Below, in pieces: positions 31,143 to 42,663 of a stretch of DNA of 64,000 nt. This DNA is from Anaeromyxobacter sp. (GTDB lineage: Bacteria; Myxococcota; Myxococcia; Myxococcales; Anaeromyxobacteraceae), in NCBI GenBank assembly GCA_049840735.1, contig JASGJN010000020.1, positions 288,001 through 352,000 on the forward strand, given 5' to 3'. Below the pieces are notes generated by a model, which saw nothing but the letters and a program-made list of their open reading frames with translations, did no database searches and was not told where the DNA came from. Both the position numbers and the translations under genes were made by a program. The first letter of the stretch is position 1. Every line of letters begins with the position of its first letter.

Positions 31143-32597
31143 ATGCCTGCCCGCCGGGTCATGCCCTGGACGACGGCGGCCGCCCTCGCGCTCTCGGGCG
31201 CGGGCTGCAGCTGGGCCGCCCCGGAGCGCTACGTGCGCGACGCCGCTCCCCCGCCGGACCAGGTGGCCCGCCAGGCGGCGGCCGCAGGTCGCGCGCCGTT
31301 CCTGGAGCCGCCCGCCGCCCCCGCGCCCGCGCCTGCGCCCGAGCCGCACACGCTGGCCGACCTGATCGACCTGGCGCTGGCCCACGATCCCACCACCCGC
31401 GCCGCCTGGTACGACGCGCGCGTGGCGGCCGCGGTCGCCGGCGGCGCCCGCAGCGCCTACCTGCCGGCCGTGGAAGGCGGCGTGGGGGCCGAGCGGGCCC
31501 GCAGCGGCGGCGGCGTGGGCCGCGAGCCGTCGGAGGGGAGCACGCTCGGGCTCTCCGGGAGCGTCACCTGGGTGCTCTTCGACATGGGGGCCCGCGGCGC
31601 GCTGATCGACTCGGCCGACGCGGCCCTGGCCGCGGCGCGCCTCTCCGAGCACGCCGCGGTGGCCGACCTGGTGCTCCGGGTGCAGCAGACGCACTTCCAG
31701 TACCTGGGCGCGCTGGCGCTGGTGGACGCGCAGACCAGCTCGGTGAAGGTGGCCGAGGCCAGCCTGGCCGCCGCGGAGGCGCGCCGGCGCGCCGGCGTGG
31801 CCACGGTGGCGGACGTGCTGCAGGCGCGCACCGCGCTCTCGCAGGCCCAGCTCACGCTGCAGCTGGTGGAGGGGCAGGCGCTGGCGCTGCGCGGCGCGCT
31901 GGCCACCCTGGCCGGCCTGTCGCCCACCGCGGCGCTCGACGTGGGGGCGCTCCCCACCGAGCTCCCGCGCACCGAGGCGGAGCCCACCATCGACGCCCTG
32001 CTGGCCACCGCGGCCGAGCGCAACCCGGACCTGGGGCAGGCCCGCGCCAGCGCCGAGGCGGCCGAGGCCCGCGCCCGCGCGGCGGGGCGCGCCTGGCTCC
32101 CGGTGCTGTCCGCGCAGGGCAGCGCCGCGCAGACCTGGTACCTCACGCCCGAGGACGACCCGCAGACCACCTGGGCCTTCGGCCTCTCGCTGCGCCTGCC
32201 GCTGTTCGAGGGGCTGCGCCCCGCCTACGAGGTCCAGGCCGCCCGGGCCAGCGCGCGCGCCTCCCGCGAGCGCGCCGAGGCCGCCCGGCAGGACGTGGCG
32301 CTCTCGGTCTGGACCAGCTACCAGGCGTTCCGCTCCGCGGGGCGCCGGGTCGAGACCGCCCGCGCGCTGCTCGAGTCCGCCACCGCCTCCACCGACCTGG
32401 CGCAGGGCCGCTACCGCGAGGGCGTCGGCTCCATCCTCGACCTGCTCAACGCGCAGTCGGCGCTGGCCCTGGCCCGCGCCGAGGACGTCCGCGCCCGCGC
32501 CGACTACCTGGTCTCCCTGGCGCAGCTCGCGCGCGCCACCGGCCGCCTCCACCTGCCCGACGGTCCACCGCCGGCCGCCCCCGAGTCCGCGCCATGA
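31143..32597 (+). CDS. TolC-family outer membrane efflux lipoprotein
   Basis: Lipobox GAGC, LSLRLPLFEG, RYREGVGSILDLLNAQ. Confidence 0.9.
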   Translation: MPARRVMPWTTAAALALSGAGCSWAAPERYVRDAAPPPDQVARQAAAAGRAPFLEPPAAPAPAPAPEPHTLADLIDLALAHDPTTRAAWYDARVAAAVAGGARSAYLPAVEGGVGAERARSGGGVGREPSEGSTLGLSGSVTWVLFDMGARGALIDSADAALAAARLSEHAAVADLVLRVQQTHFQYLGALALVDAQTSSVKVAEASLAAAEARRRAGVATVADVLQARTALSQAQLTLQLVEGQALALRGALATLAGLSPTAALDVGALPTELPRTEAEPTIDALLATAAERNPDLGQARASAEAAEARARAAGRAWLPVLSAQGSAAQTWYLTPEDDPQTTWAFGLSLRLPLFEGLRPAYEVQAARASARASRERAEAARQDVALSVWTSYQAFRSAGRRVETARALLESATASTDLAQGRYREGVGSILDLLNAQSALALARAEDVRARADYLVSLAQLARATGRLHLPDGPPPAAPESAP

Positions 32598-33703
32598 TCC
32601 GCCGCGCCGCCCTCCCCTTCGCCGCCCTCCTGCTCGCCGCCTGCAGCCGCGGCGAGCCGCCCGCCGCCCGCGGCCCGCGCCCGGTGGCCGTCAAGACCGC
32701 CCTGGCGTCTGCCCGCGACGTGGACCTCGAGGTCCGCGCCGTGGGGCGGATCGTCTCCAACCGCTCGGTGGCCATCCGGGCGCAGGTCTCCGGGACCCTG
32801 CTCTCGGCGCACTTCACCGAGGGGCAGGCGGTGCACCAGGGCGACGTGCTGCTGCGCATCGACCCGCGCCCGTACCAGGCGGCGCTCGACGCGGCCCGGG
32901 CCCGGCTGGCGCAGGACCGCGCCCGGGCCGAGAACGCGCGCGAGGACGCGCGCCGCTTCGCCGATCTGGTCGAGAAGGAGTACGTGACGCGGCAGCAGTA
33001 CGACGCCGCCCGCGCCACCGCCACGGCCTCCGACGCGGCCGTGGCGGCCGATCAGGCGGCGGTGGAGCAGGCCGCGCTGGAGCTCTCCTGGTGCACCATC
33101 CGCGCCCCGCTCACCGGCCGCAGCGGGCGCCTGCTGGTGCAGCCCGGCAACCTGGTCTCGGCCGCAGGCAGCACGCCGCTGCTCACCATCGAGCAGCTCC
33201 AGCCGGTCTTCGCGTCCTTCTCCGTCCCGGAGCGCCACCTGGCCACCCTGCGCGGCTGGCGCGGCGCGCCGCCCGCGGTGCGGGTGGAGGTGGGCGGCGG
33301 GCGCTCGGTCACCGGCACGCTCGACTTCGTGGACAACGCGGTGGACGCCGCCACCGGCACCATCCTGCTCAAGGCGCGGCTGGGCAACGAGGACGAGGCG
33401 CTCTGGCCCGGCCAGGTGGTGGACGTCCGCCTGCAGGTGGCCCGCCGCGCCGGCGCGGTGGTGGTCCCGGCCGCGGCGGTGGCCCAGGGGCAGCAGGGCG
33501 ACTACGCCTACGTGGTGGACGCCGAGAACCGGGCCCGGCTGCGGCCGGTGGTGGTGGAGCAGGCCGGCGACGCCGAGGTCATCCTGGCCAGGGGGATCGC
33601 CGCGGGGGAGCGGGTGGTGATCGAGGGGCAGCTCAAGCTCACGCCCGACGCGCTGGTCGAGGCGGTGGACGGGGCGGGCGGCCCCGGGGCGCCCCGGCCA
33701 TGA
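32594..33703 (+). CDS. RND efflux periplasmic adaptor (MdtA-like)
   Basis: LAAC lipobox, IRAPLTGRSG, DNAVDAATGTI, LWPGQ. Confidence 0.93.
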   Translation: MIRRAALPFAALLLAACSRGEPPAARGPRPVAVKTALASARDVDLEVRAVGRIVSNRSVAIRAQVSGTLLSAHFTEGQAVHQGDVLLRIDPRPYQAALDAARARLAQDRARAENAREDARRFADLVEKEYVTRQQYDAARATATASDAAVAADQAAVEQAALELSWCTIRAPLTGRSGRLLVQPGNLVSAAGSTPLLTIEQLQPVFASFSVPERHLATLRGWRGAPPAVRVEVGGGRSVTGTLDFVDNAVDAATGTILLKARLGNEDEALWPGQVVDVRLQVARRAGAVVVPAAAVAQGQQGDYAYVVDAENRARLRPVVVEQAGDAEVILARGIAAGERVVIEGQLKLTPDALVEAVDGAGGPGAPRP

Positions 33704-36700
33704 ACCTGTCCGAGCCGTTCATCCGGCGGCCCGTCATGACGACGCTCGTCATGGCGAGCTTCGTCGCGTTCGGCTACGCCGCCTACCGCGAGCTGCCGGT
33801 CTCCGACCTGCCCACGGTGGACTTCCCCACCATCAGCGTCTCGGCCTCGCTCCCCGGCGCCAGCCCGGAGACCATGGCCGCGGCGGTGGCCACGCCGCTG
33901 GAGCGGCAGTTCTCGACCATCGCCGGCCTCACCACCATGAACTCGTCCTCCGGCCTGGGCGTCACCCAGGTCACCCTCGAGTTCGACCTCTCGCGCGACA
34001 TCGACGCGGCGGCGCAGGACGTGCAGTCGGCCATCGCGGCGGCGGGCGGGCAGCTCCCGCCCGGCATGCCCTCGCCGCCCACCTTCCGCAAGGCCAACCC
34101 GGCCGACGCCCCCATCCTGCTGCTGGCCCTCACCTCGCCCACCCTGCCGCTCCCGGACCTGAACCGGATCGGCAACGACCTGATCGGCCAGCGCATCTCC
34201 ACCATCCCCGGCGTCGCCCAGCTGGTCATCTTCGGGACGCAGAAGGAGGCGGTGCGGATCGAGCTCGACCCCCAGGCGCTGCAGTCGCGCGGCATCGGGC
34301 TGGACGAGGCCGCCGCCGCCATCCGCGCCGCCAACTCCAACCTGCCCACCGGCGTGGTCCAGGGGGCGGCCCGCGCGTTCACGGTGGAGACCACCGCCGG
34401 GCTCCGCACGCCCCAGCAGTTCGGCGAGGTGGTGCTGGCGTTCCGCGACGGCGCGCCGGTCCGGGTGAAGGACGTGGGGCGGGCCCGCCGCGGCGTCGAG
34501 AACGAGCGGGCCGCGGCCTGGCTGTGGGACGAGGGCCGGGAGCAGCGCGCCATCGTCCTGGCCGTGCAGCGGCAGCCGGGCAGCAACACCGTGGAGGTGG
34601 CCAGCCGGGTCAAGGCGCTCCTGCCCACCGTCGCGCAGCAGCTGCCCGCCGCGGCGCGGCTCTTGACCATCTACGATCGGTCCGTGCCCATCCAGGAGTC
34701 GGTGGCCGACGTGAAGTTCACGCTGGTGCTGACGCTGGTGCTGGTGGTGCTGGTCATCTTCCTCTTCCTGCGCAACCTGCCCGCCACCGTCATCCCCAGC
34801 CTGGCGCTGCCGGTCTCGCTGGTCGGCACCTTCGCCGCCATGTGGCAGCTGGGGTACTCACTCGACAACCTCTCGCTGATGGCGCTCACGCTGGCCGTGG
34901 GCTTCGTGGTGGACGACGCCATCGTGATGCTGGAGAACGTGGTCCGGCACGTGGAGCAGGGCGAGCGCCCCTTCGAGGCGGCGCTGCGCGGGTCGCGGGA
35001 GATCGCCTTCACCATCGTCTCCATGACCATCTCGCTGGCGGCGGTCTTCCTGCCGGTGCTCTTCATGGGCGGCATCGTGGGCCGCCTCTTCCACGAGTTC
35101 GCGGTCACCATCGGCTGCGCCATCCTGATCTCCGGGTTCGTCTCGCTGACGCTCACCCCCATGCTCTGCAGCCGCTACCTCCGGCCGGGCAAGGAGGCCC
35201 ACCACGGCCGGCTCTACGCCCTCACCGAGCGCGGCTTCCAGGCCAGCCTGCGCGCCTACGACCGCGGCCTGCGCTGGGCGCTCGACCACCCGCGCACGGT
35301 GCTCGCCGGCTCCCTGCTGGTGCTGGTGGTGAGCGTGCCGCTCTTCCAGGCGGTGCCCAAGGGCTTCCTGCCCAGCGAGGACACCTCGCTCCTGCGCGTC
35401 TACACCGAGGGGCAGGAGGGGGCGAGCTGGGACCTGATGGTGAGCGGGCAGCGCGGGGTGTCGGCCGTCGTCGCAGGCCACCCCGCCGTCGAGCGGTTCA
35501 TGACCAGCGTGGGCGGGCGCGGCACCGCCGGCCAGACGCAGGGCTCCATGTTCGTGAAGCTGCGCGACCGGGGCGGGCGCGAGCCGGTGGCCGCGGTCAT
35601 GGCCGGGCTGCGCCAGGCCGTGGGCCGCTTCCCGGGGCTGCGCACCACCGTGGTGAACCCCCCGGCCCATCAACATCGGCGGCCAGCAGAGCCGGGCCCA
35701 GTACCAGTTCACGCTGCAGGACGCCGACACCGCCGCGCTCTACCGCGGCGCCCAGGCGCTCGAGGCCGCGCTCCGCCAGCTGGACGCGCTGCAGGACGTC
35801 ACCAGCGACCTGCGCCTCTCCTCCCCCTCGCTGCAGGTGATCATCGACCGGGACCGGGCCGCGGCGCTGGGCGTCTCCCCCTCCGCCATCGAGGACGCGC
35901 TCTCCGCCGCCTACGGCGACCGCCAGGTCTCGACCATCTACGCGCCGGAGGACCAGTACCAGGTGATCCTGGGGCTCCTGCCCAAGTTCAAGCTCGACCC
36001 CGGGGCGCTGACGCTGCTCTCGGTGCGCGGCGCCGCCGGCGCGCTGGTCCCGCTCGACACCGTGGCCCGGGTGGAGCGGTCGGTCGGGCCGCTGACCGTG
36101 AACCACACCGGCCAGCTGCCGGCGGTCACGCTGGCCTTCAACCTGAAGCCGGGCACGCTCGCTGGGCGAGGCGGTGACCGCGGTCCAGGCGGCGGCCGAC
36201 CGCGTGCTGCCGCCGACCGTCGCCACGCGCTTCCAGGGCACGGCGCAGGCGTTCCAGGCCTCGCTGTCCGGGGCTGGGGCTGCTCCTGCTCATGGCGGTG
36301 CTGGTCATCTACGTGGTGCTGGGCATCCTCTACGAGAGCTTCATCCACCCGCTCACCATCCTCACCGCCCTCCCCTTCGCCGGCTTCGGCGCGCTGCTCA
36401 CGCTGCTGGTCTTCGACACCGAGCTGTCCATCTACGCCTTCGTCGGCGTGATCCTGCTGGTCGGGCTGGTGAAGAAGAACGGCATCATGATGGTCGACTT
36501 CGCCGTGGAGGCGCAGCGCGCCGCGGAGGTCCGCCCGCGAGGCCATCCACGAGGCCTGCCTGGTCCGCTTCCGGCCCATCATGATGACCACCATGGCGGC
36601 GCTGATGGGGACGCTCCCGATCGCGCTGGGGGTCGGGGCCGGGGCCGAGTCGCGCCGCCCGCTGGGGCTCGCGGTGGTGGGCGGCCTGGTCTTCTCGCAG

Positions 36701-36826
36701 CTGCTGACGCTGTTCGTGACGCCGGTGTTCTACGTCTGGATGGAGCGGCTGCGCACCCTGCGCCGCCGCTCGGCCCCCAGCGGCGGAGGCACGCCGGAGC
36801 GGTCCGCCGCCGCGCCGGAGCGCTGA
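33700..36826 (+). CDS. RND efflux permease (MdtB/C-like); several apparent frameshifts in 35660-36540
   Basis: [58 protein letters not shown] across frames. Confidence 0.9.
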
Positions 36827-36916
36827 GACCGGCGCCCGGGAGCCCGGGAGGCGCGGCGGCCGACCGCGCCGCTGGCCCTCTCCCCGTCCGGTCACACCGC
36901 TGCGACCCCGCCGTCG

Positions 36917-36954
36917 TTGACGCACCACGGCGTGACGACTATCTCCGTGGCGCG
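36917..36954 (+). promoter_or_regulatory. Promoter with overlapping inverted-repeat operator upstream of the exbB operon
   Basis: TTGACG-N17-TATCTC; arms cgcaCCACGG / CCGTGGcgcg with a 14-nt spacer. Confidence 0.5.
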
Positions 36955-36992
36955 GACCACGGCAACACGTACTTCCCTCCTGGAGGGCCCGC

Positions 36993-37643
36993 ATGCTGAC
37001 CGAAAAGCTGATCGGCCTCACCGCGTCGTTCGGCGCCGAGTGGGTCAACTGGGTGCTGGTGTGCGTGTCGGTGGTGGCGGTCTCCGCCTTCCTGGACCGC
37101 CTGGTGTTCTACCTCCGCACGCCCGAGCGGTTCCCGGCGCTGCGCGCCCGCTTCGAGCAGAGCCTGCGCGCCGGCGAGGTGGCCGGCGTGCTGGCCGCCG
37201 TGGAGGGGGACTCGCTGGTGCGCAACGTGCTGCGGGCCGGCGTGGAGCTGGCCGCGCGCGGCGAGCGCACGCCGTCGGCCATCGAGCAGGTGATGCTGGG
37301 CCGGCTCGCCGAGGAGCGGGCCCGCTACGAGGCGCGCCTGCCCTGGCTCACCACCATCGGCAACGTGACCCCGCTGATCGGCCTGATGGGCACCGTGATC
37401 GGCATCGTGGGCGCCTTCTACCTCCTGGGCCGGCTGGGCAGCGCGCAGGCGGCGGGCAACCCGCAGGTGATGGCCTCGGTCGGCGAGGCGCTGGTCACCA
37501 CCGGCTTCAGCATCGCCATCGCGGTCCCGGCGGTGGTGGCCTTCAACGGCCTGCGGGCCCACGTCTCCGGCCGGCTCAAGCAGGCCGAGGCGCTCATGCG
37601 CGAGCTGCTGGCCTGGCTGCCGCGGCTCGGCGGGCAGGGGTGA
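36993..37643 (+). CDS. ExbB/TolQ/MotA proton channel
   Basis: TIGNVTPLIGLMGTVIGI, EALVTTG, IAVPAVVAFN. Confidence 0.92.
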   Translation: MLTEKLIGLTASFGAEWVNWVLVCVSVVAVSAFLDRLVFYLRTPERFPALRARFEQSLRAGEVAGVLAAVEGDSLVRNVLRAGVELAARGERTPSAIEQVMLGRLAEERARYEARLPWLTTIGNVTPLIGLMGTVIGIVGAFYLLGRLGSAQAAGNPQVMASVGEALVTTGFSIAIAVPAVVAFNGLRAHVSGRLKQAEALMRELLAWLPRLGGQG

Positions 37644-38071
37644 GAACCGTGGCCGGCTCCTACGACTCCGGTGACGGCGATGACCTGATCGGCGGCGTGA
37701 ACATCACGCCCATCGTCGACGTCTGCCTGACCCTGCTCATCATCGTCATCGTCTCCGCCCAGCTGGGCAACCGCAGCCTGCCAATCCAGGTGCCGCGGGC
37801 CGCCACCGGCGAGAGCGCCCCGCCCGCCATCCTCAACGTGGCGGTCGACCGCGAGGGGCAAATCTACCTCAACGGCGAGCGCGCCTCGCTGGAGGCCATC
37901 CCGCGCGCCGTGGAGGAGGGCCGCCGGCGTGCGCCGGACGGCAAGCTCTCCGGCTTCGTCTCCGCCGACGTGGCCGCGCCCTACGGCCGGTTCGCCCAGG
38001 CGGTGGACCTGCTCAGGCAGGCCGGGATCACCGAGATCGCGCTCGACACCCAGCCTGCCGCCGAACCGTGA
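37640..38071 (+). CDS. ExbD/TolR
   Basis: VNITPIVDVCLTLLII; GTG start overlapping the exbB stop (alternative GTG at 37649). Confidence 0.9.
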   Translation: MRTVAGSYDSGDGDDLIGGVNITPIVDVCLTLLIIVIVSAQLGNRSLPIQVPRAATGESAPPAILNVAVDREGQIYLNGERASLEAIPRAVEEGRRRAPDGKLSGFVSADVAAPYGRFAQAVDLLRQAGITEIALDTQPAAEP

Positions 38072-38829
38072 CCCCGCCCCGCCAGCAGCGGTTCCTGCCC
38101 GCCGTCGCCGCCGCCGTGGTCCTCCACGCCGCGGCGCTGGGCTGGCTCACGCACCGGAGGCCGCCGCCCCCGCCGCCGGTCCGCTCCACGCCGGCGGTGG
38201 TGAAGCTGGTGACGCGGCCGCCGAAGCCGCCGCGGCCACCGGACCCCGGGCTGGCGAAGGTCACGCCCACCCCGAAGCCCACCACGCCCGCGCCCCGCCC
38301 GGCGCAGCGCCCGGTGGCCCGGGCCGAGCCGCCGCCGGAAGCCAAGCCGGCCGAGACGCCCCCCTCCACCACGCCGGCGGCGCCGCGCCGGTTCGCGGTT
38401 TCCATGGGCGCCACCGTGCCGGGTGGCGGCGTGGCCGTTCCCACCACCGAGGGGCCGACCGCGGCCCGCGGCGACGCCCGGCTGCCCTCCTCCGCCCCGG
38501 TGGGCAACAACCCCGGGACGCCCCCGGTCGAGGTGACGGAGGTGGAGCGCCCGCCCAGGCTGCTCTCGCAGCCCACGTCGGATTGCCTGCGCGCGCTCTA
38601 CCCGGAGCAGGCCCGCCGCGAGGGGCTGGAGGGGGACGTGCGGCTGGAGCTGCTCGTGAACGCGCAGGGCAGCGTCGAGCAGCTCCGCATCGTGCAGCGC
38701 GCCGGCCACGGCTTCGACGAGGTGGCCGAGACGCTGCGCACCACCTTCCGCTTCCAGCCCGCCGAGCGCCAGGGGCGCCCGGTGGCGGTCTGGATCCCCT
38801 GGACCCTCAAGTTCCGGCTCGACGGCTGA
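38068..38829 (+). CDS. TonB energy transducer
   Basis: TM with LH, Pro-rich linker, YPEQARREGLEGDV...GHGFDE...FQPA. Confidence 0.9.
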   Translation: MTPPRQQRFLPAVAAAVVLHAAALGWLTHRRPPPPPPVRSTPAVVKLVTRPPKPPRPPDPGLAKVTPTPKPTTPAPRPAQRPVARAEPPPEAKPAETPPSTTPAAPRRFAVSMGATVPGGGVAVPTTEGPTAARGDARLPSSAPVGNNPGTPPVEVTEVERPPRLLSQPTSDCLRALYPEQARREGLEGDVRLELLVNAQGSVEQLRIVQRAGHGFDEVAETLRTTFRFQPAERQGRPVAVWIPWTLKFRLDG

Positions 38830-38844
38830 GCCCGAGGAACAGCC

Positions 38845-41392
38845 ATGTCCCTCACCATCGCCGCCCTCGCCGCAGCGCTCCTCGCCGCCGACCCGGCCCC
38901 GCCGGCCGAGCCGGTGCTGGCCGCCCCCCCGCAGCTGACCAGGCTCGTGCCGGCCGAGGTCCCGCCCGGCACCGCCTTCCCCTCGCCCGAGGTGACGGTG
39001 GTGCTGGCCATCGACGTCTCGGCCACCGGCGCGGTGGAGGACGTCCGGGTCTCCGAGGGGGCCGGCGAGCCGTTCGACTCCGCCGCGGTGAACGCGGCCC
39101 GGCAGTTCACCTTCACGCCTGGCAAGCTCGACACCGGCGAGGCGGTGCCGGTCACCATCTCCTTCCAGCTGCGCATCACCGCCCCGCCGCCTGCCGCGCC
39201 GCCCCCGCCGCCGCCGGTGCGGCTCTCCGGACGGCTGCTGGAGCGCGGCACGCGCCGGCCGCTCGCCGACGTGGCGGTGGCAGCCCGCGCCGGCAACCAG
39301 GTGGTGGCCCGCGCCACGACCGATGCGGACGGTCGCTTCGCGCTGGAGGTGCCGGTCATCGGCTTCACGCTGGTGGCGGTCCCGGCCGGCCACGAGCGGC
39401 TGGAGGCGCCGGTGGACGCGCGCCCGGGCGAGGAGCGCGAGGAGACCTTCTACCTGGAGTCCACCGGGGAGGGCTTCGAGACGGTGGTCCGCGCCCGCCC
39501 GGTGCAGCGCGAGGTGACGAAGCAGGTCTTGCCGGCCGAGGAGGTGGCCAAGGTGGCCGGCACCGCCGGCGACACGCTGGGCGCCGTGCTCAACCTGCCC
39601 GGCGTGGCCCGCTCCTCGTTCGGCGGCGTCTCGCTGGTGCTGCGGGGCTCGGCCCCGGGGGACAGCCGGGTCTTCCTGGAGGGCCAGGAGATCCCGATCC
39701 TCTACCACTTCGGCGGCCTGCGCAGCACCATCAACCCCCGCTTCCTGGACGCCGTCACCTTCGTGCCGGGCAACTTCTCGGTGGATCACGGCCGCGCCAT
39801 CGGCGGCATCGTCGAGGTGGAGCTGCGCGATCCGGCCGAGGACCTCTTCCGCGGCGACGTGGGCGTCAACGTCTACGACGGCGGCTTCTCGCTGGAGGGG
39901 CCGCTCGGCAAGGGCTGGGCCGGCGGCGTCGCCTTCCACCGCTCCTGGATCGACACGGTCCTCCCGCTGGTCATCCCCGACGACGCCAACACCAGCTTCG
40001 ACACCGCCCCGCGCTACTACGACTACCAGTTCATCGCCACCCGCAAGCTCTCCGGCGGCGGCCGCGCCCGCGTGCTCTGGTTCGGCTCGCTCGACAAGGT
40101 CGAGATCCTCTTCGACCGGCCCCAGGACGACCCCAAGAATCACCGGGGACGTGGCGGCGCGCATCATGTTCCACGCCCTGCAGGCGGAGCTGGAGACCCC
40201 CGTCACCCCCTGGCTGCGCCAGGAGAGCTCGCTGCAGCTCTCGCTGCAGAGCTTCCGGACCACCTTCGGCCCGGAGTTCTTCTTCGACCTGGACGCCCTC
40301 GGGGTGGCCGGGCGGACCGCCTGGATGGCCGACGTCCGCCAGGGGCTGCAGCTGCGCGCCGGCCTGGACGTGAACGTCACGCCGGTCGAGGTGAACGTGA
40401 ACGCGCCGCAGGTGCCGAAGGAGGGCGAGCCGCAGCCGCCCATCTCCACCCTGCCCATCGTCGGCGCCCGGCTCGATGTGACCGCCTTCGAGCCGGCCGC
40501 CTTCCTCGACGCCACCTGGGAGCCGCGCCCCGGCCTGCGCGTCATCCCCGGCGTCCGGCTCGACTACTACAGCGCCATCTCCCAGGCGACGGTGGACCCG
40601 CGGCTCGCCGTCCGCTGGGAGGCCACCCGCGCCACCGCCCTCAAGGCCGGCGTGGGGCTCTTCCAGCAGCCGCCCCAGGCGGACGAGTCGGCCGAGGGCA
40701 CCGGCACCCCCGACCTGCAGGCCGAGCGCGCGCTGCACGTCTCCGGCGGCTTCGAGCACCGCTTCGGCGAGGCCGTGGACGTCGACCTGACCGGCTTCTG
40801 GAAGTCGCTGGACCGGATGGTGGTCCGCAACCCGGCCAGCGCCTACGACCCGTCGGCCCCCAGCTACGTCAACTCCGGGACCGGGCGCATCTACGGACTG
40901 GAGGCGCTGGTGCGCGGCCGCTGGGGCGACCGCGCCAGCGGGTGGATCGCCTACACCTACCAGCGGTCGCTGCGGCGCGATCGACCCGGCGAGGCGGAGC
41001 GCCCCTTCGACTTCGACCAGCCGCACAACCTGACCGCGGTCGGCAGCTGGGCCTTCGCCCGCAACTGGTCGCTGGGGACGCGCTTCCGGCTGGTCTCCGG
41101 CAACCCCGACACGCCGGTGCAGGGGTCGGTCTTCGACGCCGCCTCCGGCGTGTACGTGCCGCTCTACGGCAAGACCAACTCGGAGCGGCTGCCCGCGTTC
41201 GGCCAGCTGGACGTGCGGGTGGACCGGAGCTGGCTCTACCGGACCTGGAAGCTGACCGCGTTCCTCGACGTGCAGAACGTGACCAACCGCGGCAACGTCG
41301 AGGGCTGGGACTACAGCTACGACTACGGCCGCCGCGAGGCCCTGACCGGCCTCCCGATCCTGCCCATCCTCGGGGTGGAGGGTTCCTGGTGA
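38845..41392 (+). CDS. TonB-dependent receptor with N-terminal TonB-C and carboxypeptidase-regulatory-like domains; apparent frameshift at ~40139
   Basis: FDSAAVNAARQFTFTPG, VLNLPGV, LYHFGG plug, barrel ending GLPILPILGVEGSW. Confidence 0.88.
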
Positions 41393-42258
41393 AGACCGCA
41401 CACGCCGCCGTCCTGGCCCTCACGGCGCTCCTGACCTCCGGCTGCGCCGCCGACTTCGTCCCCGGCTCGGTCCTCTCGGATCTGCGCGTGCTGGCGCTGG
41501 CGCCCGAGGCGCCCACCGCCGCGCCCGGCGAGACCATCACCGTCACCCCCACCGTCTTCGCCCCGGCCGGCGACGCGCTCACCGGCGCGCGCTGGACCTT
41601 CTGCCCGCTCACCAGCGGGTCCACCAGCGGCTACGCCTGCGTCAGCCCGCTGTGCGACTTCGACCTGACGCCGCCGGCCGGGACCGACCCGGCCGCGCCG
41701 GTGAGCGCCGACCCCTCGGCGCTGGCCCTCCAGTGCCTCGAGCTCCTGGGCGGCACCCTGGACGGCAGCCCCTCGCTGCCGGAGCAGGTGGAGACCGTCT
41801 TCCGCTACGAGGTCACCAGCGCGCTCCACCCCTCCCCTCGCCTCGCGGTGGCGCGCGTGCCGCTCTACACCGGCACGCCGCCGGCGGACCGCAACACCGC
41901 GCCGGCCATCACCGGCGTCACGGTGGGCGGGGCCCCGGCCACCCCCGGCGCCGTGGTGGCCACCGCCGCGCCGGGGGACGCGGTGCCGATCGAGGTGGCC
42001 ATCGATCCAGCCTCGTACCAGACGTACCAGGACGCATCCGGCCGCACGATCACCGAGGCGGTGATCGTGGAGTTCTACACCAGCGCCGGCCGCTTCCCGG
42101 ACGGCGAGGACAAGGACGACGCCCAGGTCTCCTCCACGCAGCTGGAGCTGCGCGAGCTGGCCGCGGAAGACCTCGAGGCGCAGCTGTGGGTGGTGGCGCG
42201 CGACCTGCGGGGCGGCCAGGCGGTGGCCGGGCCGTTCCGGGTCACCATCCAGCGCTGA
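41389..42258 (+). CDS. Lipoprotein associated with the TonB-dependent receptor
   Basis: Lipobox LTSGC, DLRVLAL, LWVVARDLRGG; GTGA overlap. Confidence 0.8.
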   Translation: MKTAHAAVLALTALLTSGCAADFVPGSVLSDLRVLALAPEAPTAAPGETITVTPTVFAPAGDALTGARWTFCPLTSGSTSGYACVSPLCDFDLTPPAGTDPAAPVSADPSALALQCLELLGGTLDGSPSLPEQVETVFRYEVTSALHPSPRLAVARVPLYTGTPPADRNTAPAITGVTVGGAPATPGAVVATAAPGDAVPIEVAIDPASYQTYQDASGRTITEAVIVEFYTSAGRFPDGEDKDDAQVSSTQLELRELAAEDLEAQLWVVARDLRGGQAVAGPFRVTIQR

Positions 42259-42357
42259 GCGTCACGCCTGCGCCCGCCCGGCGCCCGGCCCGGGGCGCGC
42301 CCAGGCGGGCCATGCCCCGCGCCGATGGTCAGCGTTCACGGCAGAGGAGGTGATGCC

Positions 42358-42555
42358 ATGAACAAGGACCAGATCAAGGGCAAGATGGACGAGCTCAAGG
42401 GTGACGTGAAGAAGCGCATCGGCGGCGCCACCGACGATCCGAAGCAGCAGGGCGAGGGCTTCCTCGAGGAGAAGGCCGGCCAGATCCGCAAGGGCATCGG
42501 CGACCTCGAGGAGGACGCCAAGGCCCGCAGGGACAAGGATCGCGACGAGCCGTAG
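42358..42555 (+). CDS. CsbD-family stress protein
   Basis: MNKDQIKGK...G.ATDD...EG...GQIRKGIG; GAGGAGG SD. Confidence 0.88.
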   Translation: MNKDQIKGKMDELKGDVKKRIGGATDDPKQQGEGFLEEKAGQIRKGIGDLEEDAKARRDKDRDEP

Positions 42556-42663
42556 CTGCGCAGCGCATCACCGGCGAATGAGTCCAGCGCCCCGGCCGCC
42601 CACGCGGTGGCCGGGGCGCTCTTCTTGAAGGCCTCCGGCCTCGGGGTCGCGCCTCCACGCGAT

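Noticed and set aside
33700..36826. RND permease (and aceK, nrfD, typA) as pseudogenes or programmed frameshifts
   Set aside because: No in-frame decay is evident, and most breaks lie at GATC sites or short homopolymers typical of long-read error; cannot be fully excluded without reads
36830..36992. Cobalamin riboswitch before the TonB operon
   Set aside because: No B12-box-like sequence seen and the leader is short
38845..42258. 1137-aa receptor-lipoprotein fusion in the ORF track
   Set aside because: Artefact of the frameshift at ~40139; the lipoprotein has its own GTG start and lipobox
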